Positions 39,411 through 52,306 of a stretch of 64,000 bases of DNA are shown here, piece after piece. The DNA is taken from the NCBI RefSeq assembly GCF_016433145.1, contig NC_058134.1, forward strand, positions 44,740,241 to 44,804,240. Direction: 5' to 3'. This DNA comes from Gracilinanus agilis. Its lineage: Eukaryota. Position 1 is the first letter of the stretch; every line of letters starts with the position of its first letter. The notes below the pieces were generated by a model. That model did not search any database and had not been told where the DNA came from. It saw only the letters and a list, made by a program, of their open reading frames with translations. The translations under genes and the position numbers were made by a program.

Positions 39411-40849
39411 TTTAACAATTATTATTATTATAGAGGCTTCTATTTGTTGTCTCTGCCTTTCTCTTATGTTGTTGGTCATGGCTGTGAGCTATATGACACA
39501 GAGTTATTGACCAAGAACTCAAATAACCCTGAATTTCAATATTTCTTCTGTTGGAAAATATAGTCACTTTCTCATTACTCCATGAGACTGCCTTTGTTCC
39601 AGACACTAGATGCTACTTTTGTACCACTACTTAGACTTGAAAGGAGGCCCAAGAAATGTTACAGCCCCATTACGTCTCTTCCTTTGCTTTCTCATTTATA
39701 CAGAATGCAACTTTGTAACTAAAATTATCCTTAGAAAACCTTGCAAACACTATGCATAACTCTTCTTTATGGTTTAATCTCATGTATAGATTTTTCTTTT
39801 TTTTATGGAGGATGTGCTGGAATTTGTTTTAACAACTTGCCGTGGTTTTTTATAGGATCAGTATTTGCAACAGATTTCCTCAGAGAACTTTCTAAAACAA
39901 AGCAATATTGGTGGGTCAAAAGTTGGGGGAAAAAAAGAAGAGAGAAATCTTCTGAGAAATGAAATTACATGAAAGCCAAAATGGTAATTGGTAGGAGATG
40001 TCATTTCCCTGCATTCATTATAATCTTTCAGATTGATTTTTCTGTTGCTTTTCTGGTTTATCTCTGGGCTCAGGGACTTTCTGATATATACAGAGGACCC
40101 AAACTTGGCAGCAAGTAGCCTAACTCATTCTAACTGTGTTAATGTTATTCTAGCCCTATTCAATTTACTTGTGTAAAAATGTGTCTCCTGGGGTCTTTGG
40201 GGCCTTTTCAGAGAGCTTCCCTGTTGTCCCAGAATGCAAGCTAACTTAGTCATTTTAGCATTTGTATCCTTGTACATGGCTTAGCTGCTCTATTAGCCTG
40301 GACTTGCACCATTTTCATACCCTAGTTTGAAACTTTAATCTTGGATCATTGCTAGTGTCATTAAAAGTAACTTCATAGCTTATGTAGTTTGAGTTTGTCA
40401 TTGGGATTTAGTGCCAGGCACACAAATTACTTCTTCTGTAATCAGCCTGTGAATTCTCTGCCTGTGTAGTTTCTAGTTCTTGTTGGATCTATTTTAAACC
40501 AAGAGCTGATTTTTTTGTTGAATCTCTTGTGCCACGTTTCCCTCAGATTTAGGAGAATGTCTTAGATTGTGGCCTGGCTCCTCCTATCATCACTTCTTTT
40601 AATGCCCTTGTACTTCAGTCTGTCTTGTGAATGGCCACTTTATCTCCTTCCTCTTATGTTCCAATGGAAATCCCATGACCCCATGGACAGAGGAAGTTCT
40701 CTTAAGAGGGGAGGTTGGCCTCATTGGGATGCTCTTATAAACTGTTTTAGATATTTCAAACACATTGTTACTGCTGCTGCTAATAATAATAATAAAATTG
40801 CTAATTGGCATAGTGGACACAGCCCTAGCTTTAGAATAATTCATAGGAC

Positions 40850-41490
40850 TGTCAGATTTTAAATTTAAGTTTTTATGCTAATATGAAAGTTCTAAAGTAA
40901 TATTGAGGTCACTAATTTAAAAATATTATAGCTTAAGTCACAATCACTTTTAGCAGCTTTATTTACAAAGAAGTGGAAAAATATAGATAAAGACACAGAA
41001 AGTACTGCCTAGCTACAAATACCCTAAGTTTAATCATAATGTCTCCAGACCGCAAATGTGAATCTGAAAGCAAATCTCACTAGAATCCAAAGTCCTAATT
41101 AAGAAGCCGAAATCTGAAGAGCCTGGAGATGCTGAAGAATCCACTGAGAACCTTCAGTGCACACGAGGCTAAGACCACCAAGAATCTCACCAGAACTCAT
41201 GCTGAAGGGAGTGCCCCACCAAAGTGCCAACAAGCAGAGAGGGTCTCCTTGCTGAAGAACCAATGAAGGAATCACTCCACTCACCACCGCAGGTCAACGC
41301 AGGATCCAGGGAAAAGGTCTTCTCCAAACCAGGAAAGGAATCTTTGGAACCAATCTCTCCAAACAGGAAGGGAATCAGTTTCTGGAACCAATCTCTCCAG
41401 AAGCCGGGAAAGGAAGGCCATCTACTCACCCAGCAAGCCGACACAGGATGCAGGGGAAAAGTCTCCTTCTCTAGTCTGGCTCTCGCAGAG
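40850..41490 (-). mobile_element. Solo LTR A (ERV1-like), minus strand
   Basis: 3' end at tgtcag (40850); reverse complement carries tgtaaataaagctgctaaaagtg..gctataatatttttaaatt shared with LTRs B and C; three ~35-bp internal repeats (ggaaccaatctctcc). Confidence 0.75.
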
Positions 41491-42440
41491 TGAGTGACTG
41501 AATCCTGTCTATAATCACATAACTGGTAGGTGTTATTTTTAAATTAATCAACAAAAACTGAAAACATGCCTATTTAACACTAAGTAGGGGAGGTCTGTAA
41601 GCTACTTACTAAAGTGGGTGACAACTCCAGAAGCAACTGACCATCCCCTGGGCAGTGCTAAGCAAATTTAAAGACAGAAATTGGCTCCTGTAAAGTGGAC
41701 AAGGAATAGGAAATGACATGAAAAAGGACTATAAAAGTCCTGAATGAACTTCCTGTCCAAGGGGATCTTCGGCCTGAATCTTGGGCTTGGAGGATCTTGG
41801 ACTGGAACTGTGGCTTGGAGTTATGACTTGGGACTTCTACCTGGGATTCTGGCTCTTTGACTGCTTCTGGTAAGACTGCTCCTGGATTTTATCCTTTGGA
41901 GCTTTGCTTGGGTGAATGAGAAGCTGACCTTCCTTTCCTGGCTTCTGGAGAGATTAGTTCCGAAGAAACCTTCCCCTTTTGGAGGAGGCCACACAGGTGG
42001 AACTCCTGTTTAAATCGCCACCAGGTCTTCTGCCTGAGGATTAACAAGTCTTCCCACGCTGACCTGGAACCTGAACAACATTTAGGGTGATAGGCTTAAC
42101 ATCTTCTCTACTCTCTTTTATATTTCTCTACTTTCACTCCTTCCACCTTTTTGTAAATAAAACTACTAAAAGTCATTTTGGCTTGAGCTATAATATTTTT
42201 AAATCCACAACCACAGTATTATCTTAAAATTCTCATATATTTAGTCAAACCCTTAATTTAAAAAAAAAATTTTTTTAAACCCTTAACTTCTGTGTATTGG
42301 CTCCTTAGTGGAAGAGTGGTAAGGGTGGGCAATGAGGGTCAAGTGACTTGCCCGGATCACACAGCTGGGAAGTGTCTGAGGCTAGATTTGAACCAAGGAC
42401 CTCCCATCTCTAGGCCAAACCCTTAGTTTTAATTCCTAAA
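41491..42440 (+). mobile_element. Solo LTR B (same family), with a SINE inserted near its 3' end
   Basis: TATAAAA at ~41730, gtaaataaaactactaaaagtcattttggcttgagctataata, end tagtcaaaccctta..ttttaattcct; 5' boundary approximate. Confidence 0.75.
42256..42417 (-). mobile_element. Young 5'-truncated SINE1_Mdo inserted in LTR B
   Basis: caaaccctta duplicated on both sides (~42246-42255 and ~42416-42425); same subfamily text as the 63063 copy. Confidence 0.85.
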
Positions 42441-43758
42441 GTGTTGAATGCAGGATTCAAACCCAGGACTCTTCTCACCTCCAAGTCATTCTAGCACCCG
42501 CTCCCCTTTCCCAATTGCCCCAATGTTAAGGGCTATGTCCCAATTGCCCCAAAAGTTAAGGGCTATGTAGTATTGTACAGGGTACAGTGGAGAATATAAA
42601 AAGGATTAGAAATTATGGTTGTTAGCTTCAACAGCCAATAAGCAAGGAGCTCACAACCTAGATGGAAAGACAAGATGTTATACATGTGAAAAAAAAAAGG
42701 TGTAAATCATATTAAAAGGGTTAAATAATATAAAGAAACAGTATGAACAACATGCTTGGAGGCAATCAGTACTTGATTTAAGTAACCAGTGAGGGGACCA
42801 AACAATATGTTAGAGGAATTTGGAGGAAACTGTGGGTGAGAGGGGTCAGGCAAGACACCATGAGGTTGATGAGACTTGAAGTCTGGGTAAAATTCTAATA
42901 AATAGAGAGAAGGAGATACAGCAGCATTGGCAAAGTATTGACACACATGCCCATCCAGCATGGGGTGGAATGGAGCTGCTGTATTCCCCCTCTTCTCAGC
43001 TCCCAAGAACATTTCCCGAAGACGTGCCCCATCCCTCTTTCCAGCCACCCAAAGTGAGTACTTCCTTCCTCTACTTGCTGGGGTAATGCAGGGGCTCACA
43101 GGGAGCTTGAAATTGCAGTTTGGGCACAGGAGTTTGAAAACCTTCTCCAATGCTGAGATAGAGCATTGAAGGGAAGGTGAGCAAGGGTGTGGAGGTAGGT
43201 GATTGAGAAACAGTCTGCCTTGAGCAGGGGGTTGAAGCAGAACCTGTAAAAACTGGTTAAAAATCTAGAGCTTAAAAAGAGATCAGAAAAGTGACTTTAT
43301 AGCAATTAGACCTGGAAAGAACCTTTGTCCAATTCCCTAATTTTACAGTTTGTCAGTCTATATTTACTAAGTGCCTACCATGTGACAAGTACTGTGCTAA
43401 ATGCCAAGAATACAAAGAAACAAAAGACAACTCCTCTCAGGGAACTCACAGTCTAGTTATATCTTACAGATGAGAAAACTGAGTCAGAGTAATTAATGCC
43501 TTGTTAGTTAGTAACAGAGTCAGCATTAGAACCCAAATCTCTTGTTACTGTTCACTGCTTTAACTTCTACAACTAAGCCACTTTTGTACATGGTACCCAG
43601 GAGTTTGGCCTTTATCTAAATGGAAAAGACATAAACCTGTTTGAATGTGGGAGTGACTTATTGAAAGCAGTATTTTCAGAAAAACTAATCTGGAAGTAAT
43701 ATGCAGAATGGATTAGAGCAGAAATGGAGTTAGGGAGACCAGTAAGGAGGCAATTGGG

Positions 43759-44970
43759 TGTGAAGTGTGAATCAGACTTTCTTTGTCTAGCATCAGCAAC
43801 TTTTAAATTGATTCACCAAAACTGAAAACACCCCTACTTAACACTTTGTTAGCCATCAAGTAAGAGAATTCACAAGTCACTTACTTAAAGGGTTCACATC
43901 TTCAGAAACTCAGGAACTTGTGAATCCTTTTGATAAGAATTTACACCTTCAGAGGATGAGAGGTGTGAATCGCACAGACACTGCCCTCTTGGGCAGTGGT
44001 AGGCAATTTGGAAGCTATGATTGACCCCTGTGAAGAGGGGAAGAGACAAGAAGTCACTTTAAAAGCCCTGAACTTCTGTGGCTGGCAGCAGTCTTCTGGA
44101 GATAATCTTCGGGAGGTTGTCTTTGGTAGGGAGTCTTCAGAGAGGAGAGCTTTGCTGGAAACTTCAGCTTGGATCTGGGGCTTGGAGCTTCAGCTGCTGA
44201 CCTGCCTCAGGAGGTGACTTTCCATTTGGACCTTGGCTCTTGGACAGTGTCTTGTGTGTGCCATAATTGTAACGATTAAAAATGATAAAGACTGATAAAA
44301 TAAGGGAAATTAGTAGTTTAATTAAAGCCATGCCATATTGATAAAATATATAATTTGACCATGCGTCTGATAAAATCTCTTCAAAGATACCACCTGTGCC
44401 GCCCATCCTTGCTACGTAGCCAAGAGAGCGTCTCACACCCAACCTCCGAATTTAAGCTGCCCTATACGTTGGATACATCCCACGTCTCAAAACCGGAAAC
44501 CCATTGGATCACGGGGGATGTAGTCTCAAAGTTCCCCACATGTCCACAGGAAGTTTGTAAGATACTTTTAAATGGCACCTCCCTGAATTCCAAACACACA
44601 CTTGGGTGAGTGAGCAGCTGGCTTTTTCCATCCTGTCTTCTAGAGACATCCATTCTAGAGAGATCTCCTTTATCCTGGAGGAGGCTGCATTGGTGAAACC
44701 TTTCCAAAAGACCCCACTGGGTCCTCTGGCTGAGGGTTACCAACCCGTCCTGGGCCTGAGCCGGACACTGGAGCAACATTTAGTGTGACAGGCTAGACAT
44801 CTTCTCTACCCTCTTCTTGAATTTCTCTACCTTCACTCTTTCCACCTTTTTGTAAATAAAGCTACTAAAAGTCATTTTGGCTTGAGCTATAATATTTTTA
44901 AATTGGTGACCACAATATTAATTTAGAATTCTCACATATTTTAGTCAAACCCTCATTTTAATTCCTTACA
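43759..44970 (+). mobile_element. Solo LTR C (ERV1-like) containing a nested LTR
   Basis: TG...CA termini (tgtgaag...ccttaca), 4-bp TSD TGGG at 43755-43758 and 44971-44974, AATAAA near 3' end. Confidence 0.88.
44255..44600. mobile_element. 346-bp solo LTR nested in LTR C
   Basis: TGTGTG...CACACA termini, 4-bp TSD CTTG (44251-44254, 44601-44604), many retained CpGs. Confidence 0.85.
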
Positions 44971-45639
44971 TGGGATTATCTAGGTCTAAAATGATAACGT
45001 TGTGAACTAGAGTAGTAACGTGGAAATCTTAAGCAAGGGAGAGATGTAAGAAACTTTGAAAAAAATAGATGGGACCTGTTGACTCATAGGATAAGGGGAG
45101 TAGATGGAAAGAAGAAAAAGTTTGTTAAGACTAAAATTTCAAGCTAGCACGACTAGAAAAGTGTTAAATCTTAATCTGCAAGGCGAATCTAGATGTCTTA
45201 ATCATGTGTATGATAGAATAAATCTATTTTTAGTCTATTACTGTATACTATTTAATAGAGAAAATGAAAAGTTTCTTGAATATTTGTTACAAATAAGAGT
45301 AAGAATCTCTCCCTTGGAAGCTATACAACTCTATTTCAAGTGAAAGAGGAATAGATTTCTCCTAGTATCTGTTTTACTTTGGATGACAAGTTAGGCAAAT
45401 TAGGAGGAGGTAAATGGTTTTCACAAAGCCCAAAGGTACTATATAGCATAATATCTTTATTTGGTTTCTCAGAAACCTGATTAATTAATATAACTTTCAA
45501 AGGTCCAAATGGATAGTTTAGTTCAGCATCTATGATCTTGAAAACAATTTTTTCATAACATTTTGAAGTCAGCAAATGGTTTTTAATAACTTTGGTTTTA
45601 GGGGGACATTGGTGAAATGAAAGAATATCAGTTTGTGAC

Positions 45640-46330
45640 TGGAATATGGACTAGATCTTTTAAATAACATCTTTATTAGTATTTGTTTTTGCATGACTGA
45701 CATTTCCTAATGTATCTCTTCCCGTTCATTCTCACCACACAACCATCCCTAATAATAACAAAGAGGAAGCAAAAAGCTCAATAGAACTAACCAAGACACA
45801 AAAAAGTATGATGTCGTGTTCACCCCCCAGCCCACCACCTCCAAAGAGAAGCAAGGCAAGGATAGTTCCTTTCCAGAGCTCTCCTTTGGGTGTTGTTTTA
45901 TAGCTTTTATTTGGATGATTCTATTGTTGCTATTCTTTCCATTTACTTACATTGTGTTAATAATTGGAGATTTTGTTTTGTTGATTCTGTTTACTTCCCT
46001 TTTCATCAGTTCATGGTACTTGGCATTTTTAGTGTTTCTTAAAGCACAATAACATGTCATTGCATTTATGTACCTTACCACAGTTTATTTAGCCATCCCC
46101 AGTTGGTGGAAAACTATTTTATATTCAGCTCTTTGCTATGACAAAAAGCAGTACTATAAATATTTGGGGGTATATTGAGCCTTTATTTTTGTCATTGACT
46201 TCCTTATGATCAAAGATGAGCAGAGGAATCTTTGGGTTGATTAGCATTGACATTTTAGTCATTCTCTTGGATAATTTCAAATTGTTTTCCAGAATGGGTG
46301 GACCAGTTCACAGCTCTACCTTTTTATTAG
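45640..46330 (-). mobile_element. Old marsupial L1 3' fragment, followed by a partial SINE (~46330-46452)
   Basis: ccatccccagttggtggaaa...ttcagctctttgctatgacaaaaagc...ttgttttccagaatgggtggaccagttcacagctc is reverse-complement L1 ORF2 end. Confidence 0.75.
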
Positions 46331-49300
46331 GCAGTAGGGGTTAAGTGAATTGACCAGGGTCACACAGCTAGGAAGCATCTGAGGAGAGATTTGAACCCAG
46401 AATCTTCCTTCTCCAGGCGTAGTGCACTATCTCCTGAGCCACCTAGCTACTCTTAGATAGATTCTTGATAAAGGTAGATGAAACTATAAAATTACCTGTT
46501 CAGATATTTAGGTTCCTCTTTCTTTTTTGATCTTTCATATTTACTTGTCAGTCGCTACCTTCCAGCTGTGTTTTTTTTTTTTTTTAACTCTTTTTAGCAT
46601 TTGATCTAGAAATGCCACTTCCCCTGATTTGTAGTCCTGAGGTTGGCTTTTATTCTGGCTTCAATTTAAGAACTATCAGAATCAAGATTGCATCTTTAAT
46701 TTCATCTCTCAGGCTGCTGGAGGAAAGATTTTTTTATCAATTTCTAGAGGTTGTCCTTGTAAATTCAAAGCAAGGTTAGTCTCATCAGTCTTCTTTTAAT
46801 GTGAAAAGGTGAGATGTGCTTTACCAGTTTAAAGAAAGCATTGTAACAGGTATTAACAAATCAACATTTCTTTACTTCAGATGAATGATGCTGGGTCTAG
46901 ATCATTCTAGTCGTCTTCTTTCATAGCGTGCTCTTTAAAGCTCTGCCCCTGCTGCTTTGCCCCTCTGAGTGATGTATTTGCTGCCTGCAGAACCAATCAT
47001 CATTTCTGGGTGCAGAATTCTGTAGCTGCCCAGAATGTGAGAGGTCCTTCTTTGTTACTAGGCAGTGGAAACTATAGTTTTTTTGAGCTTAAATCCCAAA
47101 ATATTCATAGATTTATTGTGTGCTCTAGGAATGATATGAAGATTAATATTATATAAATCAATACAGTTTGATTGCTAATATTTCTACCATATTACTATAT
47201 AATAATATATAGTACAATATAATAAAAATATTTTGCTATATATTTATTTTCACAATTTTTATAAGCATATTTGTTCCATACTATAATTTATAAAAAAGAT
47301 ATCAGGTAGGTTAAATTGCTGTGTTTGGCTCATCTAGCACCATGCAGCCTGTCCCTGTGCTCCATTTTAACTAAATAGGTAACCATCAATTAGAAGCCAA
47401 CATCTAATTCCCATCGGGCCACAGTCTTGCCGCCTTTCTGGGGCCCTTGTGTATTCCCTTTTTGTATAGGAGCCTCACTCTCACAGAGCTTTCCCTCCCC
47501 ACAGCCTCAGTGTGGTTCCTCTTATCTTCAGTACTGACTGACCACTGAGAAGGATCCAAAAAAAAACAAGGTGTCACGTTGGGCAGATTGACAATTAGTG
47601 ACAGAGAAGACAGCAGTGGCAGTCGGTGGGACCAAGAAGTTAGTCACAGAGAGAGGTGCCACGGAGTCAGGCCTCTGAGTCAGGGGGCCTGGGGTCAAGG
47701 CCTGCCTCCCCATGTACTCCCATGTGACCCTGGATAAGTCTCTAAGGCTATGAGTGAAAGGGCATGTACTGCTCAGCAGCCTAATCCCTGGATTACAGAG
47801 TTGATGTAGCTCTCTACAACCAGTGAACTTTCCAGACCAGGCTGGAAAAAGATGAGTGCCCCACTTCTTTGATATGGACAAGCCATACATGGAAAGATCC
47901 AGATCCTCTAGAGACTGCACACCCAGTACTACTTTTATTGGTTTATTGACTGTATTCTCTTCAAGGTTGTCAGGCACATAACCCTGTGCTATCCCAGTTC
48001 ACCTAAGTGGAAATTAATTTTCTTTTTATTACCTTTCAGTGTGATGTGACCAAGATAGCAGTATGTGAAATTGGATTAATGTATGATGGTTTTATTATTA
48101 TCTTAATAATCTCTCCTTGTCACCTTTGAATAAGCTCAGGACCTGAAACTTTTAGCTTATCACTCAGCTTGTAGGCACTGGTAGTAGTGAGGGACAGTGG
48201 TCCTCCTCTTCTACCCTTTTACTCTGACAGGATTGCTGGAATTCATGATCCACTTTCCTCTTTCCATTTTGCCTTCTCTTGGTTATCAGAAAAAATATGG
48301 GAGAGAGGGACCTCCCTGATGAGGAAACTCCCTCTCCCAGTTCAGGTCAGGACCTTCTTTTCCTGGGAAGTTGCTAAGAGTACCAGAGGGAGGTTAATTA
48401 GCTTACTCAGTCACATAGCCTGTATTTGGGGGGGGTGGGGGTTCATGGCCCTGAGGCCTGCTCTCCTTTCTCCAAGAGACTTAGACTAAGTGATTTAAAG
48501 GAAGAGCAAAGAAACAGATGATTCTGAGACCTGTCCTTCATTTTCCTTGGGGCATCTCCACTTACCCGTCAATAGACTTCAGACTTACTCATTTGTAGGT
48601 TAGAATTTCTCTTCTGCTTTCCTTGTCCTATTTAACCCCATACTGATTCCTAAATCATTGGAAGTATTTATGTAACCCTTTAAGGTTTGAAAAACACTTT
48701 ACAGATATTAACTTCTTATATTTCACAATAGCCTTGGGAAGTAGGTGCTATTATTATCTCCATTATACAGATGAGAAAACTGAAGCAGACAGAGGTTAGT
48801 GACTTGCCCAAGGTTATACAGGCTGAAATTGAGCTCAGAACGTCCTTATTCCAGGCCCAGTGCTCTATCCACATTGCCCCTTAGCTGTGTCCTGTTATAT
48901 ATGGCCAGTACCCTTTTTGGGGTTTTTAGCATTGCTGTGGGCATAACAAGGCAGAGGTATAGTCAAACCTTGGCCAGGCCTCTTTGTAATGCCACGGCTA
49001 ATCTGCCTTCTCCCTGGCCAGCGTCCCTATTTCTTTGGCTAATGATTGATTTCCATTATAAGTAGCTTATGACCTGACATGAGATTTTGAACCATGGATA
49101 AATATCACTGAGCTCTCCTTAACTTGGGCTTTTTGGGTCTTCCATATTAGCAGCATTTAGTCAAGACCTGAAAAAAATACTTGTGAGCCCTGAAAGCCAT
49201 GAGCTTTACAGATTGGAGTCAGGCCATAGTTTTGGGTTTCTCATCTTCATCTCCTGTTCCACATCATGATGTCTAATGAGTCTCAGTCCCCACGTTGGAA

Positions 49301-50374
49301 CAAAGATCCTGTGGAATTTCCCATATTCATTTTCAGAGACTGAATTTTGACTGCTGCCTCAGAAGGTAGATTTCTGAAAGATTTTCTGTCTGTAAGGAAT
49401 TATGTTTATTACCAAGTTGGAAGGTGCTAGAATGGATTTATACCTCACCCTCCAAGCAGGAAAGCAGCTCACAAGGACCCCCAGCCAGTGTGCTCAAGAG
49501 AAGTAGGGGTGGGGTGGGATGGAAGTGGGGGTTGGGGGGAGGCAGAGGCAGGCTCTGTAAGGACCCCCAGGCAGTTATTGAAGGAGGCAAAAGAAGCAAC
49601 CCTGGGAGGAGGAGGAGGAGCAGCAGCAAGGGTGGCAGAAGCTTTTAAAGCTAATCTGCCTTTAACTAAGATAAGAGTAAGGGTCTTAAATTCCAGACTT
49701 CTGGTTGCCAAAAATGTAATATTTAAATCAATATCAATAACTTTGTAAGATTTATTAGTAATCACTTTAAGTAGAAGAAATAAAAAAATAGAAATAGAAG
49801 TTCAAAGCCTAATTTTCTAACTAAAATAAGACCACATGAGTAAACTTTCCTGCCAAGCTCTCCCCCTTGGCCTCCACAGCTGTGTTCTGGGAAGAGAGGG
49901 GTGGGGTTACACCAAAACTTTATCTTCAGTGCATTGACATATAACATAAGGATGCAAATGGGATGCTGGGTAAGATAATTCTGGGGAGAAAATTCTATTT
50001 ACACACCACTTGGGCTGAACAGGCTTTGTCTGCCTTCCTTTTACAAAAGGTAAATATTTCTGTTGTTTATGGAGTCATATGTTTCTAGAGAAGCCTAGAG
50101 GGCTCACCTTGGAGTCAGGAATCCATCAACAAATCTGTGTTTGGTCCGTACTATGTGCTAAGCAGGGCGCTGAGTGCCAAGAATACAAAGATGAAAAAAA
50201 TGAAACAGTCCCTCCTTGCTCTGAGTAAATATGTGTGTGTCTATCTGTGTGCTGTGCATTTATGTATAGAGACAGAAAGATAGAGGCAGAGAGAAGGGAA
50301 TAAATACTTATATAGAACCTATTATGTGCCAGGCACTATGCTAAGTACTTAAAATTTGTTTTTAAACCCTTGCA

Positions 50375-51012
50375 TTTTTTTTTCATTTTTTATTTAATTA
50401 ATTTAGAATATTTTTCCATGGTTACATGATTCATGATTCCCCAACCTCTTTCTCTTTCCTCCCCCCTTTAAGAGCCAATGAGAAATTCCACTGGGTTTTA
50501 CTTGTATCATTGTTCAAAACCTATTTCCATATTATTAATATTTGCATTAGAATGATCATTTAAAGTCAAAATTCCCAATTCTATCCCCATCGAACCATGT
50601 GATTAAGCAGTTATTTTTCTTCTGTGTTTCTACTTCCACAGTTCTTTCTCTGAATGTGGATAGTGTTCTTTCTCATAAGTCCCTCAGAATTGTCCTGGAT
50701 CATTGCATTACTGCTAATACAGAAGTCCATTACATTCGATTTTACCACAGTGTATCAGTCTCTGTGTACAATGTTCTTTTGGTTCTGCTCCTTTCACTTT
50801 GCATCAATTGCTGGAGGTCATTCCAGTTCACATGGAATCCCTCCAGTTCTTTATTCCTTTTAGCACAATAGTATTCCATCACCAACAGATACCACAATTT
50901 GTTCAGCCATTCCCCAATCAATGGACATCCCCTCATTTTCCAATTTTTTGCCACCACCAAGAGTGTGGCTCTGGATATTTTTGTGCATGTATTTTTCCCT
51001 ATTATCTCTTTG
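50375..51012 (-). mobile_element. 5'-truncated L1 3' end
   Basis: ORF track VVAKNWKMRGCPLIGEWLNKLWYLLVMEYYCAKRN; same family as the 32215 copy. Confidence 0.92.
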
Positions 51013-52073
51013 TGTGTAATTAATTTCTGTATCCTTGAACTACAATTCTCAGAACCCTGCTTTCCTGCTTACGTTGCATGCTGGGAATTGTAGTTCAAGG
51101 GTACAGAAATTAATTATGCATTTGAAACCTTTACTTTCTATCGTAGAACCAATACTATAATGTATCTCATTTGATCCTCACAACAACCTTGTTTTAGGTG
51201 TTATTATCTTACCCATTTTACAGCTAAGGAAACTGAGGCAAATAAAGAAAGAAAGATTAAGTGACTTTCTCGAGATCACACAGTACGTAATCTGAATCCA
51301 GATTTGAACTCGGGGGTTTTCTCATTACAGGCCCAACAGTCTAACCACTACACACCTAGCTCTGTGAGTATGTTCACAAGCCAAACAGTGGAACTTCTAC
51401 TTTGTCCAAGAGGCAGTAGGGGACCACTGGAGTTTGAATGAGGGGCGAGGTCAGATATATACTCAAGAATTACTTCGTCAGAAAAACTAGAGTTCAAGTT
51501 TTGTTCTTCATACATCCTAGCTATATGACTCTGGATAACTTGCTTATTAACCCCTCAGAGTTCCAGGCAAGTCTCCAGGACTATCAGTTATAGAGAAATT
51601 GTCCCACTACTTTGGTGGAGGGAGTTTCTACATTTGGAGTTCCTCACACCAGAGAACTCACAGAGCCGGGCCAAAAAATGTCTATGTGTGTACATACATT
51701 CATACCTATTTACTTCATATCATTGTTTCTTAAATCAGCTTTAAAAAACAATCTTCAGCATAGACGGGAAATTTCTGGTCAAAAATAAAGAGCCTGCCCC
51801 TCAAATGATGGCATTAAATAGAGCTGTTGGAACTATTGTCTGGGGGCTTTTCTCATGGAGAAGATGGCGTGCCAATCCTCTCCAATGAGGTTTGGTTGTC
51901 TGTAGTAACCGTGGTTTCCTCTGTCCTCCCAGTTCCCAGCATTCTCCGACTTCATGGGTAGGGCTGGTTAGGCTGCAGTCGCCCTCCTGCCAGGGAAGAA
52001 GGGATCACGTCAGTGCTCGTGCCCCTGCCTGGGCGTTCTGTGGTTAATAGTGACTTTTAAAGTACAGTTAGAG

Positions 52074-52306
52074 GGAGCAGCTGGGTAGCTCAGTGGATTG
52101 AGAGCCAGGCCTAGAGGTGGGAGGTCCCAGGTTCAAATCTGGCCTCAGACACTTCCCAGCTGTGTGACCCTGGGCAAGTCACTTGACCCCCATTGCCTAC
52201 CCTTACCACTCTTCTGCCTTGGAGTCACTACTGTGTATTGACTCCAAGGCAGAAGAGTGATTGACTCCAAGACAGAAAGTAAGGGTTTAAAAAAAAAATT
52301 AAAAAA
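52074..52306 (+). mobile_element. SINE1_Mdo, full length with TSD
   Basis: 16-bp TSD taaagtacagttagag at 52058-52073 and 52307-52322; small internal duplication ttgactccaag x2. Confidence 0.93.

Noticed and set aside
42707-43150. 147-aa minus-strand ORF (also the 133-aa ORF at 57041-57442)
   Set aside because: No domain or coding signature; treated as chance ORFs apart from the short exon-like sub-segments reported as findings
41491-44970. LTR B and LTR C as the two ends of one provirus
   Set aside because: They are clearly diverged from each other, the 1.3 kb between them contains ancient L2/MIR sequence, and C has its own TSD
46881-46970. C/D-box snoRNA candidate (also an H/ACA candidate at 59360-59515)
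   Set aside because: No canonical RUGAUGA C box with a terminal stem; the H/ACA hairpins pair poorly
47528-47977. 149-aa ORF on the minus strand
   Set aside because: No recognisable homology; overlaps a MIR-like segment; length is within chance expectation for 64 kb
49438-49629. Signal-peptide-like ORF MLLLLLLLPGLLLLPP...
   Set aside because: Starts at TTG with an in-frame TAA just upstream and no ATG. The leucine run comes from a GAG/CAG triplet tract and there is no recognisable domain.
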